From NCBI RefSeq assembly GCF_022539665.2, contig NC_081332.1, positions 4,712,001-4,776,000 of the forward strand: a stretch of DNA of 64,000 bases, written 5' to 3'. The translations under genes were made by a program, and so were the position numbers. Shown in pieces: positions 45,901-58,435 of the stretch. The notes beneath the pieces were generated by a model. The model saw only the letters and a program-made list of their open reading frames with translations, searched no databases and was not told the DNA's origin. The DNA comes from Daphnia carinata (lineage: Eukaryota). How positions within the stretch are numbered: position 1 is the first letter of the stretch; the number at the start of each line of letters is the position of its first letter.

Positions 45901-48900
45901 CCTCGAACGCCACAACATTTCTTTTTCTCCAATGTCCAGCCACACGTAGACACGCAGGTTCGAATGCCATTTGAAATGTCGTCCACCACCGCCTTATTTT
46001 AAGATTGCAGCCAAGTCTTTCGCTACATTCTGTTCTGCATTTTCACTTCGAACATTCGCACAGTTTTTTTTTATCCGTCACGCCGTCAGTCCCCTCCCGA
46101 ATGTTTCACGATTTTTTTTTTTTCTTTTCTTTTCGACATCGTTTGTGTGGGAGGACAGTGACAGACTGATGGAATACTAGTAGAAATAGGCCAATGTAAT
46201 ATGGAAATACCTTCGTGAATCCATTTGGAGGAGCGGTTGCGCCGTTTGACGTACATGGACTGGCCCTTTGACGTGCTGTTGGTGTCTGCGCTCAGCGAAT
46301 GGGAAATTTGACGGGCCAACTCCACCTGCTCCTCCATCGACGGGTGGAACGCCGAGTAGAAACTGGACGACGTGTACATTCGACGTTCTATGCATATCAA
46401 ACTTGAATCAAAAAAGGAAGTATTCGATGATGGCATCACAAGCCGACACACACACACGCGGGAGGAAAAAAAATCACGTTAAATTATTCAGCGGTTTTTT
46501 TTTAGCTCACGTCTTCGTGGAGTCAAATCGCCCGAGAAATCGGAGGCTGGCGTGAAAATCTTTTGCAAGTCGATGGGCCTGCCAGTTTCCGGGCTGATGG
46601 CTCCACCGCTCCCTTCCTAATGAAAACGTAGAACAAAACACCCATAAATCAAAATGTAGCGTCAATTATAGCACACAAACATCGCTGGAGCTTATCCATA
46701 TAAGGTAATAACACTAACGGAGGGAGGGAGGGGGGCCCTTTCATAACAAATCTATACAGCGCTATAAAGTCGGGAGTAATCACGGAGCAATTAAAATCCA
46801 TGTAAGGGAATAGTACCAAGGATAAATGCCATAAACGAGCCGTTAGAGTCGTCAGCAATTCACGTTTGTGCGGATCGTGTCGGTCAGAAGGTTGGAACCC
46901 GCGCCGGCTAATGACGGAACTAGCCATTGTCGAGTTTGAACTCGGTGGCCAATAGTCGTCGTCCATTTTCGTTTGATTTCGGTTACGTAAAAAATATATG
47001 CTAATATTTTTTCTTTCGAATCTATTCGTTTCCCCGCATTTAAAGACGCAGTCACACACACAGACACCCAGCAAGGCACACACACATACACACACGGAAA
47101 CACTTGGTGCTTGTTCACAGCATTTGTGTTGCCATCCGCAATGTCTGCCCAAACAGGCAATCACGATGCTTCTGGATCATAGACTAGCACTGCCCGTTCG
47201 ACTTCGACCTAAACACAGTCTCCTTTTGTTTTGGTCTACTGTGTGTGTGCGTGTGTGTCTGTATGTGTGTGTGTGTGTGTGTAGTGGCTTTTTTAGCTTG
47301 AAAAAAGAGTGCGCGGCAACTGAGCACTTCTTCGTGGTCTTCTTCCTATGTGTAACGTGATTGGAGAGGCTAAAGCTGTGCGTGTCTTTTTTTTTTTTTT
47401 TTGTTTTTTTTTTTCTGTTTTTTTTTTTTTTTTTTTTTTTTTTGGGGGGGGGGGGGGACGACTCGCTATTTTTAGATAACGTGGTGCTATGGCCGGGCGA
47501 CTTTAGTGGCCAGCCGAAGAGATTCTATATAGAGAGGGAGAGGCGTTGCTTCAAATCCGTCGCTCACCTTTTCCTTTTTTTTTTTCTGTCTCTCTTCGCG
47601 CGTATGCGTTTACATCCGTGTAGGTGGCGCATACATGTCGTTTGGATGGCAAGTTTTTTAATTTTTTTAAAGGGAAAATCTTATTTTTTGTTGTGGAGGG
47701 GGGGGGGGGGTAAGGGGCCTGTATGGTCTCGTCCGTTGTTGCGTCTGTCCAGTTTAGACGGTTTTAGATAGTTTTAAATTAGGTTAAATTGTTTTCTTCT
47801 CTCGTGAACGTTTCTAGAGATAAAGTTTGGTGTCGACGATATTTTTAAAATAGGAAAAAGGCCGAATATTTTTATTTTATTTTGTTTTTGTTTTTGAATG
47901 GCTCCGTAACTTTAGTTGTGAAAGAAAGAGGACGACCAATTTCGTTTTTTTTTTTTTTTTTTGCTTGCTGGAACGTGTCCAAAATCTACCGTGGAATTTA
48001 ACTCACTGCAAATAAAAAAGATGAAACTATCCTCTTCGTTTCTCATCTTCATTCTGGGTGAGGAACTGGGTGGAGTAATGAGGCAATTGCGTATTCATCG
48101 TCAGTCATTCCTAACTAACTTACGATCTTCGTATCGATTTAGCTGCTGTAATCTATCCTATTCCCAAGCCTCAGTTGAAACGAGCCAATATAAAATGTAG
48201 TTTTCTCTTTGTGGAAATATCAAGAAAGCAAACAAAAAATCAACAATGAAGCCAAACATCGAAAAGGCTGGAAAGAGAAACCCAGTGGCATTAGCACACG
48301 GCTCAATCAACTGCAGACGTTGCGGATGACCACTCTGTCGGCTTCTCCTTCCACCTCACACTCATTCGGTCATATACAGGCGCAGGGTTACTGTCCCCTC
48401 ATTTGAATTTCCAATATGATTACCGCAACGTAAATATAAAAACGTCTAAACTTAAAAAAACAAAACAAAAAAAAACAAAAAAACTAGCGGAACCAAACCA
48501 TTGACATTCCAAAAATAAAAAATTGCATAAACCTTTCGGTTGCCTAACCCTTTTTTGCCTCGTGCACTTTTTTTTTTTTTTTTTTTTTTTTTGCTGAGTT
48601 CCCTGTACTCACTCTTCACTTCGTTAGGGGTGAATCAAGACCTTCCAGATCACTGTCTCTGCATGAGTCATATTACGAAATTTTAAGTTTTTCCTCAACG
48701 AAAGAATTTTGTCGATTTTAAGTTTTATAATACGAATCTCTCCAGACGCAATGCCGTTAATCGCAACGGATTTCAACTATCCGTAAAAATGGTGGGTCAC
48801 GTAAATTGGATTTGGTTAATGATGGAAAATGAGTTGCAAGTTTTTATGTCGTTAGTCCCGCGTGAAATTGAATGAAATTATATCCGAGAATTGAGTAATA

Positions 48901-51001
48901 AAAAAAAAAAGGTTAGAAAATTTGGGACTCACTTGAAGAAAATTGGCCGGTACTGAAACGGGTCGAGCTTTTTTCGGTTGCACGGGTGGTGGTGAACGTT
49001 TTCGCTGAGCCGCCTGCAATTAGTCCCGGTAGTTGTCGTCCCGTCAAAATAGTGAAGGAAAAACAAGCAATTAGCTTTGCGCGTGCTTTCCTCTCGCTCT
49101 GTTATTTATCAAACAGGTCGAGCATTTTTTTTTTCTCTCTCTATTGTTTTTAAATACCTGGCCACTGTTGATCAACAAAATCGACTCGTCCTTTATCACC
49201 TGTCCCGTTTCTTCCACCTGTTGTTGTTAAGGAAAAAGGTTGGGGGCAAAAACAAACAGTGGTAATTACATGTTTCTTTGCTATTCTCCTATTTAGGATG
49301 GACAGGCAACTCAATCAACATGGTGAATGTTTCATGCGTACACAAATGACGGAAGGTTTCGATAATGAAGAGAAACGGACGAGACGGCGCATGCCTTGCA
49401 CGTCAGGCGCTAGAGGAGAAGACAACGGACATAAAAAGAACGGCGAGTTGTGCTCGCCAACATCAGACATTAACGACTTGTGCATATCAATCGAACTAAA
49501 CTGACCTCTTCGTTACTGAAATCGGCCTCCATTTCGCGATCGATTTCCGAAATGATTTCGTGAAGTGTTTGCTTGATGTTCTCCTGCTCGATTTCCCTGT
49601 TGTTGCTGGACGAGCCGGACAAATCACTAGCCTCAACTGGACGGCATTCAGAGCCGGAAGCGACTGTTTGGTCCGCCTCCGTCGACTGCGGCTCTTGGAT
49701 GCTCAAATCCGCCTCGCTAGACTGTTGATGCTCCTGGGCCAGCTCCTCCTGCTGGTCGACATTGCCGACGCTCGTGTTTATTTCGGTGCCGCTGTCACCG
49801 TCGCCGCCGATTCCGGGCTCTTTCAAGTCTTCCGCCATCTCGATAGATGGCTCCATTTCGGTAGTGAATGCCTCGGCGCTCAACGACTGATCTTCTTCGA
49901 CCAGCAGTTCTTCCGCCAGCAGTCGCTCCTCTTCGTCAAGCAGCGTCGATGGTGAGTGCAAAGCCTCTTCTGTTATGACCTCTTCACGCTGTCAAAATCA
50001 TACAGCGTCCAATGATTGTGTGCATGTGATATGACTTATATGAACACGGTTAAGAATTTGTTAAATGAGGACGTACCGAAACGGTGGAAGAAGATACGAT
50101 TTCTTCTTCCATGCACACCGATTGTTCCATTGATTCATCCAGGCCGTTTTCCACTATCTGCTCGTTGATTTGCTTTTTTTTTTTAAATGTGATGACGTCA
50201 TCCGAAATTTAAAGAAAACAAAGGCAAAATAGTTTAGATTAATAAAAATTTGCGATTCCCCCCTTCACCGTCGAAAGGGTAGCGTTACTATGGCAACATA
50301 AGGGCGATTCAATTTACGTGGGAGGATGTAGCCGTCACAGAAGAAGTTGTCGAACTGGTAATGACTGCCTCTTGCGAGATCGTATCCGAGATTCCCTCGT
50401 CAACTTGCACATCGTCTGTTACCTACAATTTTTTTTTTTTTTTTTTTTTTTTTGGGGGGGTAAAAAAAAAAAAGAGTTAATAATAATACCGAAAAAGAAG
50501 AACATGAATGTTAACTTGCGTTTCATTTGATTTGAAGTTGATAGGGGAAAAAAAAATGGGAGGCGTCATGAGCGAATAAAGAAACAAAAAATGGGATCAA
50601 TGGCGAAATGGCGTGTCATGAAATGACTTTATTTTACGTGTCAATCCATCCGCAGGGCATTTACTGTTTATATAGCATGCGAACATCTAAGGATTTGTGT
50701 GTTGGTCTTCATGTCTGAACTTTTTTTTTTTTTGTTTCTCCTTTCTCTTCTTTTTTCTTTGTGTGTGTCTGGAATGCACAAATGTTCAGAGACCCATAAA
50801 ATGGTGATCGGCATTTGATGACTGTTTTGGCTATCATGTTGATGCTCTCTTTGGGCTGGCAGGGAACAACAAAAAAACAAAAGATAACAAGGCTAGGTAA
50901 ATCACCGTCATGAGCGTTTGCTGAACCAGCGTTGTCGACGACGACGAATAACTGCTGGACGTTGACGTCACCACCGTTGTCGAACTCTCCTCTCCGTCCA
51001 T
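42920..51001 (-). CDS. Synaptopodin/myozenin(calsarcin)-like Z-disc protein (Drosophila CG1674-like)
   Basis: Minus-strand exons in transcription order: 51001-50906 (MDGEESS...), 50422-50318, 50172-50077, 49988-49506, 49013-48933, 46616-46511, 46387-46211, 45614-45493, 45378-45210, 45143-44956, 44868-44457, 44282-43137, 43071-42920. Motifs: IDLQKIFTPA, FYSAFHPSMEEQVELARQISHSL, SKGQSMYVKRRNRSSKW, KGKGAALFAKRKQKSEKWIVDE (calsarcin/synaptopodin-type), PRLKLVKSPWEAALE, C-terminal NYNTAPRGW...YRPVTF. The true 5' end may lie further upstream or outside the window. Confidence 0.8.
43610..43835 (-). repeat. Q/E/K/R-rich degenerate coding repeat (QQEELQRKQQE units), predicted coiled coil or single alpha helix
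   Basis: Imperfect repeats such as CAACAAGAAGAGCTGCAACGCAAACA on the minus strand inside exon 43137-44282. Confidence 0.75.
46864..46966 (-). CDS. Alternative first coding exon of the synaptopodin-like gene
   Basis: AAAATGG start; MDDDYWPPSSNSTMASSVISRRGFQPSDRHDPHK then C|GTGAAT donor (phase 1), frame-compatible with acceptor 46387 (giving QRRMYTSSSFY). Confidence 0.55.
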
Positions 51002-51654
51002 CACTGACCGTCACGGTAATCCGCACATGTGAAAACAGAACCCCCCCCCCGCCCACAAAAAAGAAAAGGAATCAAAATCGGTGATAAATGAAAACAACAG
51101 TAACGAAAAAGAAAGAAAAAAAGCGATAAACTTGTTAGAATCCGCTGTAATTCTTTTGGCGTAGCCGAAGAATTCATAGCTTGAAATTGGCCTAAGGCCA
51201 ATCATTATGGAACGTCTTAAAGATGGTTGAGCTGCGATTGGCTTGGCGCTCGATCTGGCAGGTTCGCTATCAATCTAAATACGCGCTTTTTTGTTATGGC
51301 TGACTCTTTTCGGCTGCTGGGAAAACTCGTCGTCTTGGAACATTCGAAAGAGAAAAATCCCAATTTTTATGGATATCCTGGTTTCGAATTTTTTTCTTTT
51401 TTTTTTTTTTTCTTTTGCCCTCTGTCTTTTCCAAGAAAAATTCGATCGCATCGTCGAGGTGGTCGTAAAAAGGTTGGAAAAGAAAAACGGATCTAATCAT
51501 TCAATTTGCGGATTGGCTCGTTCTTGTCTCGTCTTGTTTTTTTTCTCGTCCCGACTGCATTGTTTTGCTGCTACTGCTCCATAGCAGACGTCCGTCTATT
51601 GACGGTTATAATTTTAGCATCTCGTACAAGACCTCTGTCTTTGTCCGTTCATGA

Positions 51655-51678
51655 CTCTCTCTCTCTCTCTCTCTCTCT
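51655..51678. repeat. (CT)n microsatellite
   Basis: Direct dinucleotide run. Confidence 0.85.
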
Positions 51679-53108
51679 CCCCCACTCCCCATCCATTTTC
51701 TTGGCTCTCCAATCTGCTGGAAAAGCCAATGTCGTTGATGACGTCCGTTTCCTCTCTTCTCATTAAAGGTTCATCTAGTAGTACGCTCGCTACACCACAT
51801 CTATGTGGCCCATACCCTTTTTTTTCTTTTTCTTTTTTAAACTATCCTCTACTTATGTTGAGACGCCCACGTCCGGCGGTTGGTCTACAAAGTGTTCCGG
51901 CCTCTTCTTCTTCTCCTTCTTCCGCTAACTCCCCTCTCCGCTGGACGAAGGCTGGGCATTACGAATATATTGTAGGCCTTGCGCCGTGGTGTATGTATAC
52001 ATATATAAAGGCAACTCAATCACGCGGAAGGAAAATCATGCACGACACAAAGGGACATCCTGGAGCAATTTTGATGTCAATAGATGTATATCAAGGAGGA
52101 TTTTCGAAAGGGCGGAATAAGCGAGCAAGATAGATAACGTAATAAAATGTCTACGCCGGGACGTCACCAATGCTCTGGAGTTGATATTTTCTTTTTTTTT
52201 TTTTCTTTTCTTTTCTTTTAAATACGATATGCGTATACAAAGGGGTCGGGGGGAGGGTTGAGGGAGAAATAGGGAAAACAAGGCGATTGATTGATATTAC
52301 CTCAGTTGTAATGAAATAAGGAAAACAGATCCAAAAAGGACGATCAAATAAATCAAATGCTTTTCCTGTTGAAGGTATTTGTTTTGATTGTTTTTTTTTT
52401 TGTTTGTTTCTTTTTGCTTTTTCTTCTTCTCCCCCTTTTATTTTGTAAAAGCGGAAGTGAAGAAAGTGGTTGGGGTGTCTTGAGGAAAAAGAAAAACTTT
52501 GGCGTTCAAAGTTCACTGAACCGCGCTACTATCGAAAAACTTTGCGTTGCGAGTCTTCTTTTCAGATTTTCATGTTCGTCACTGGTTGCAACAAAATTTT
52601 GAATGTGTGAAAAGACGCGGATGTAAATGTCTCGCAAATTTCGATGAGTTTACAAGTCGAGGAGCCGTCCTTGTTGAAGGTGCAACCGGCACTGATTGGG
52701 CCCACTGTACACAGCATCTCTTCGTCGTCTTTTTTGTGTGTCTGTGTGTTTTGCTGGGCCAAATGCGAGGGGGGGGGGGTTGGCCGTCGAGGGTTTTTTA
52801 TTTTGTTTTTTTCTTGTCTAGTAGTACGTAACAGCATAGCAGACACCAGGAAGCTAAAAAGGTGGTAGTAGTGGCAGTAGTATACGAGTCTAGTATAGAC
52901 CAGCATAGAAGAAAAATGCTGGACAATCTAGAGCTGTGCAGACGCTTGCCAGATTGTCAGCCCCCCCCCCTCCCCCTTCTTCTTCTCCTCCACAACTCCT
53001 CCATTTTTCTTTTTTCGCTGTGGGACCACCCCGCTCTTCTGTACCAAGTCAGGACGATAGAGGCAGAAAAAAGGCCAAGCCGGAAAGTTCTATTTTTATT
53101 ATAGGGTC

Positions 53109-53143
53109 CACACACACACACACACACACATACACACACACAC
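53109..53143. repeat. (CA)n microsatellite, one interruption
   Basis: Direct dinucleotide run. Confidence 0.85.
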
Positions 53144-56100
53144 AGAGAGACAGACACACTGAGTGAGTTTTGGCAGAAAACAAGTTTTGGCCAGCTTATG
53201 CTAGAGACAGCAAGCGACATCTTATGCATTCAACTGCGAGATTGAATAATATACCCCATGAGATATCAAAGACAGTATGGTGATGAACTGAAAACTAATT
53301 CAATCAGGCATTTTCGATCACCATTTAAAAAAAAAAATTTGAATTCATTTTTTTTTTTTTTTCATGGTAAAGAGTTTGTGCTTCGTCCATGCTTGGTTGA
53401 TTTTTTCTTTTTTTTTCGGTTTTTGAAATTTTCATTTTCGTGCACCGTCGCCTAATTCGTTGCGATTCGTGATCGACAAGTGTCTGCTGATTTTTTTTTT
53501 TTTTTGTTTCATGGCGTGCGCTTTCCGTGTTTTTCTTGTTAGCGCTCGGAGGGGTATCTAACGCGAATGGGCGGGTATAGTTGAAGAAGCGAAAAAAGAA
53601 AAAAAAAAAAAAAAAGAAAAAAACGTGTGGGAAGGGGTTATTTCTGATTAGGACAGCAGCTCAGCAAAGCTCGACCAGGTCGTTGCGCTTGTGTAAATTT
53701 ATTTCGGGATGATTGGCGACTGGCCAGCCAGTTTCGTGTTCTTTTGTTTTGTTTGTTTTCGTTTTTTTTTTTTTTTCCCTCTTTGACAGCGAAAAACAGC
53801 GATGATCCCGGAAGGAACCCGTCTTCCTTTTCGTTTTGCTTTTTCAGCGTCATAAATGAGAGAGAAGGGAGGGAGGGGGGCTTATGTATATTTTGCCAAA
53901 ATGCTTTCCTGTTCGCCATTTGGGTTACGATTTTCCCTGTAGGAAGTTGCCGACATGCATCCATCACTCGATCGCTTTAATAACATAGAAATGCTCGGGA
54001 TTGGATAGAAACGTTGGGATAAAAAAACAAAAACAAAAAAAAAAAGATGCAGTGTAAGCAAATGTGTACAAAAGAGATTTTATTATTTTCTCGGGAAATG
54101 TGTAAAACGTGTCAGCGAAAATCGAATTTGACTGCCTCTTTTTTTTTTTTTTTTTGCTGCTGTTGCTCTTTTTTTTTCTTCTAAATTATGCCAAAAAAGT
54201 TGGCGGAGTTTTGCGTATCTAAATCTCATCATCAGATAAAATGTGCGTTCGTTACCTTTTTTTTTTTTCTTCTTCTTCCCCCGCTCAATAAGATTGATTG
54301 ATTCACGGTATCGCCTTTTGTTTGAATTGTACCACGGCGCAAATAAGAAAAGGAATTTGAATATCGGTAAAGCCAAAAAGCCTTTCACCATCTCGAAAAT
54401 GAAGGGATTCTTTCAAATCATTCACCTAATGACGAACAGCAGCGCCAGCGAAAATGATCATGTAAGATGAGTTACCTTCCCAACGTGATTGATTTATCCC
54501 ATTCAATGCGCTTGTCTCTACTGGAGTGACCCTCATTGCAACGGGCTACTGTTAAGAAAAAAGAAAAAAAAATAGAAAAGAATCTAACAAAACGGGAGGA
54601 ATCTGGCCTACAGGCCTTTTTGTATTCATCATGTTTTCGTGGAGCTCCGCGTCCGGCAGCAAAACTTATTATTTTTTTTTTTATCACGTACAACCATTTC
54701 AATCAATCCCGAAGGCCTTTTTTTTTTATTTAATATTTTTCTTCTTTATTATCCCGGTCAACAAACGACGAACTGATCTTGGCTACGGTAATTAAAACCG
54801 TATACTTTTCTTAAAGGCTTTGGTTTGATGAGCTGGCACCTACACGCCAACTCATTCTGTCAAATGTGATTTCATTACGAACGGCACTGATGCAGCAGTT
54901 GAATCTCCCGATTTGGTGCGACATGTCCCAACTTTGAGCCCGTAATTTATTTTTATTTATTTTTTTTTTTTTTTAAGATTACATTTTATTTTGACGAATC
55001 TTGGCAATGGCGTGATGATGATGGCATTGATAGCTTTCTGGTGGCCAACAATTCAGCGACGTTGCGGCCGGTTTCCATCTCGTTAGTATCGAAGAGAAAG
55101 ACGCTGCTGGCCAGTGACAGCGCATTGTCAAAAAGGCGATGGAATTGCTTTTTTTCTTTGATGAATCTCCATATTAATTTTGCTGCTGGCCTCTCTGCTC
55201 GTACAGAATTAAAGAAAAAAAAAAAAAAAAGAAAAAAAGGGTCTTCTATCTCGTAGAGAAAAAAGGAGGAGAGATTTGCCTGGTGTGTAATAATAACAGG
55301 CGAGCATCAGACACGAGAAACTATGATGAGTCAGAACACGAGAAAACTGGTTTTTCTTCTTGCTCGTTCGGTTGGGATAAAGACGGCGAAAAAAAAAAAA
55401 AAAAAAAAGCCAACTAGGTGGCTGTGTGAAGGATTGTCTTTGAATCGAATAAAACATCCTTGTCTCGATCGTATCGATTACAATAGCCAAAGGTAGTTGA
55501 GTACAAAACAATGGCATCTATCCGTTTCTTTTTTTTTTTTTTTTTGTTGTTGTTGTTGTTGTAGATGCGTTGGGGAATTTGTTTTTCTCTGGGTGTTATA
55601 GTGTGTGTCTGCGCGAGCTACGCAGAGTGTAAAGCCTTTTCTGTCTTGAGTGCAGTTGAAATGTCGGCCATCAGATTGAACGGGCAGATCGTGACGGACT
55701 GTTGGCTCCGCGACGAGTACTTTCAAAACTATTTTTTTTTTTTTATTCTTCTTATCGATTCCATCTTGAAAAAGAGAAGAACAAAAAAAAACAAAAAAAA
55801 AACATGTCGACGCGTTTCATGTTGCAACTACCTGTTTCTAGCTTTTTTTTTTTTCTGTGTGTGTACTCTACGGTAGCGTAAACAACTCCCATCTACATCT
55901 AGATCGTTTTGGGTGTACCGTGCATTATTACTGTTATTATTTTAATCATTTCCCCGTCGACAAAAAAAAAAACTAAATTCATCTACAAGGATAAATTGCA
56001 AAGAAGTTCGATTCGCTTTCGACCTACACGCGTTATTATGTTTGTATGAGAGTGGGACGCGTTCACGATGAATAGCTAATGCGATCGTTGGCGGTACAAA

Positions 56101-56305
56101 TATTCACTTTGTTATTACGTTCATCTGGCAAGAGAGAAAGAGAAAGAGAAAAAAAAACATTCAAATGATAGGGGGGAGGGAGGGAGGAATTTTCAATAGA
56201 AAACTGGTGGGTCTTTTTCGGGCAGAGGGCAGCAGGTTAGACGTGTATGTAGTACACCGAGGGGCACCATAACAGGTCACGGCAATAAGAGAATCACTCA
56301 CCAAG

Positions 56306-56309
<4 letters not shown>

Positions 56310-56336
<27 letters not shown>

Positions 56337-56414
56337 AGAGGAGGATGTTTAAATTGGCCGCATCTCAAAAACTTTGGTGTTATGCTAAAGTCTCTTGTGT
56401 GTGTGTGTGTGTGT
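56310..56414. repeat. (AC)n at 56310-56334 and (GT)n at 56397-56414
   Basis: Two dinucleotide runs in opposite orientation. Confidence 0.8.
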
Positions 56415-56777
56415 GATGGCATTTCATGTGCATTTTTCTTGTTTTCAACTGTGGCTCGTGTCAAGTTCTTGTATTATGTTCCGCATTTTCGTTGTCTGAT
56501 GCGCCGTGCAAAAGTCTCAAATAATACGCACGGTTGAAAACTTGAAAGCTTCAGATGAAAGGAATAAAACGAAAAGAATGAAGATGAGACCGCAAACATG
56601 TTGGAAAGTTTTTTTTTTTGTTTTTTGTTTTTTATTTTTGAGGGAGAAAATCATGGCCATTCCGACGCAACGGCTCGATTTCCATAACCTGACCAACCGA
56701 ATCTTTTGTTCTTCGGTTTGTTTTACTGGCTTTTCTCGCAACTTGTCTTTTGCTAATCGTTTTGTAACATCGAGTCT

Positions 56778-56803
56778 CTTCTTCTTCTTCTTCTTCTTCT
56801 TCT
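56778..56803. repeat. (CTT)n microsatellite
   Basis: Direct trinucleotide run. Confidence 0.85.
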
Positions 56804-57151
56804 AAACGAAACAGGTCCCGTTTCTCGCTTTATTCAGCCAAAAACGTATCAGCGCTTTAATAATTCCTGCTTTTAATATTTGACCGCTTGAGTTAGTAGA
56901 TGTCATTATTTAAAGACCTCCGAAGAATTCATTAGTTGGTCCTCGCCCCGCTCTTCTGCGAATGTCCCGCGCCCGCGCTCTAATGTCTTTCTCTTGTTGT
57001 TTGCTTTTCGCCGAACGCGTGATTGGAATTCACCAAAAATAAAATGTACGCTTGTCGGGCGGCAAAACGTTCGTCTCACTACACACGACATTTCGTAACT
57101 TTTCAAGTTTTAGATTGAACTCTTAAAATCCCCTACTCTTCTGGTGATTTT

Positions 57152-57189
<38 letters not shown>

Positions 57190-58400
57190 TTGTTGGGAAG
57201 GTTGATTTTCTCGAGCGACCCAATTACTCTGCCGCAATCCGGGTGGGTGGGTTAACAAGTGCTTTATGGCCGTGTCGAAAAGAAAAGGCAAGAAACCAAA
57301 ACAAACCTGCTGCTAGTGGTGCGTGGTGGAAAAGAAAAAAAAAAAAAAAAGGGGGGGGGGGGGTTCTTTTTTCTGTTGTTTCTCTTTCACTTGACGTCTG
57401 AATTGCTTTGTTGTTTTTCTTTTTTTTTTCTTTTTTTGTGCACAGCCAGAATGATGATGATGATGATGAGGAAAACGATGACGTTCACCTGTTGGGTGTG
57501 TGCACAACGACGTGTTGAGTGCGCGTAGAATATTGCCGAGAAATGTAAGGGGAAAACTCGATTCGTTATGTTGGGTTTGTTTTTCTTTTGACGCACATGT
57601 CTCACTTTTCAGGGAAAAAAAAAAAAAGAGCTTGGAAAGTTTTCGCTTGTTTGCGTCAAAAATATTTCGCCCGTCGGCTATAAAACACTGAGCACTTGAT
57701 AGTGTAAAACCCCCCTCTTTAAAAAGAATAAGACAAGCAAAATTTTTGAAAATCTCGAAAGATTTTCCTTTTGTTGTTTTTTTTTTTTTTTTTTTGTTTT
57801 TTTTTTTTTGGGACAGTAAAAAGCCACTCGGTGTGGCAACAGAGCAACACGTCATTTCGTCGCACATGAAGCTGTCACTCGCTTAGTTAATTTGCTCATG
57901 CGTGAACGCGCCAACCAAACGAAACTTAATCATATATGGTGGAGCGAAATTTCTCATATCCTTCGTTGTTTTCATTTCATTTTTTTTTTTTTTTTTTTTT
58001 TTAAATCCCTCTCTTACTCGTCCCATCCAACATGGATTTTATTTTGTCTTCCAGATTTTATCGTTCCGCCAATGCGCACGTAACAAAACAGTTTGCATCG
58101 AACGCGATAAATGTGTTAGGAACATTGCTCGAATTTTTTAAATTTCTATCTAGTTCATTTTTCCTTGAAAAACAGTCGCGTGATCACACGCGAAACGGCC
58201 ACTCGGTCCCATTGTGCCGTCCGAGTTAAAAAAAAAAAAAAAAAAAAAAAAATTAATTCCGACATAAAACTGTAAAAAAAAAAAAATCCATTTCACGTAG
58301 ATGACGATAGAAAGAAGCCACACCCATCGCGAGCTCTGCCGAAGAGCAAACAATAACAACAGTGCGAAACGGGCACTCCGTCGACGCTCCACCACTCGTT

Positions 58401-58435
<35 letters not shown>

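Noticed and set aside
48613..48680. Minus-strand GTGAGT donor suggesting another synaptopodin-like exon
   Set aside because: All three frames upstream contain stops; at most a UTR exon.
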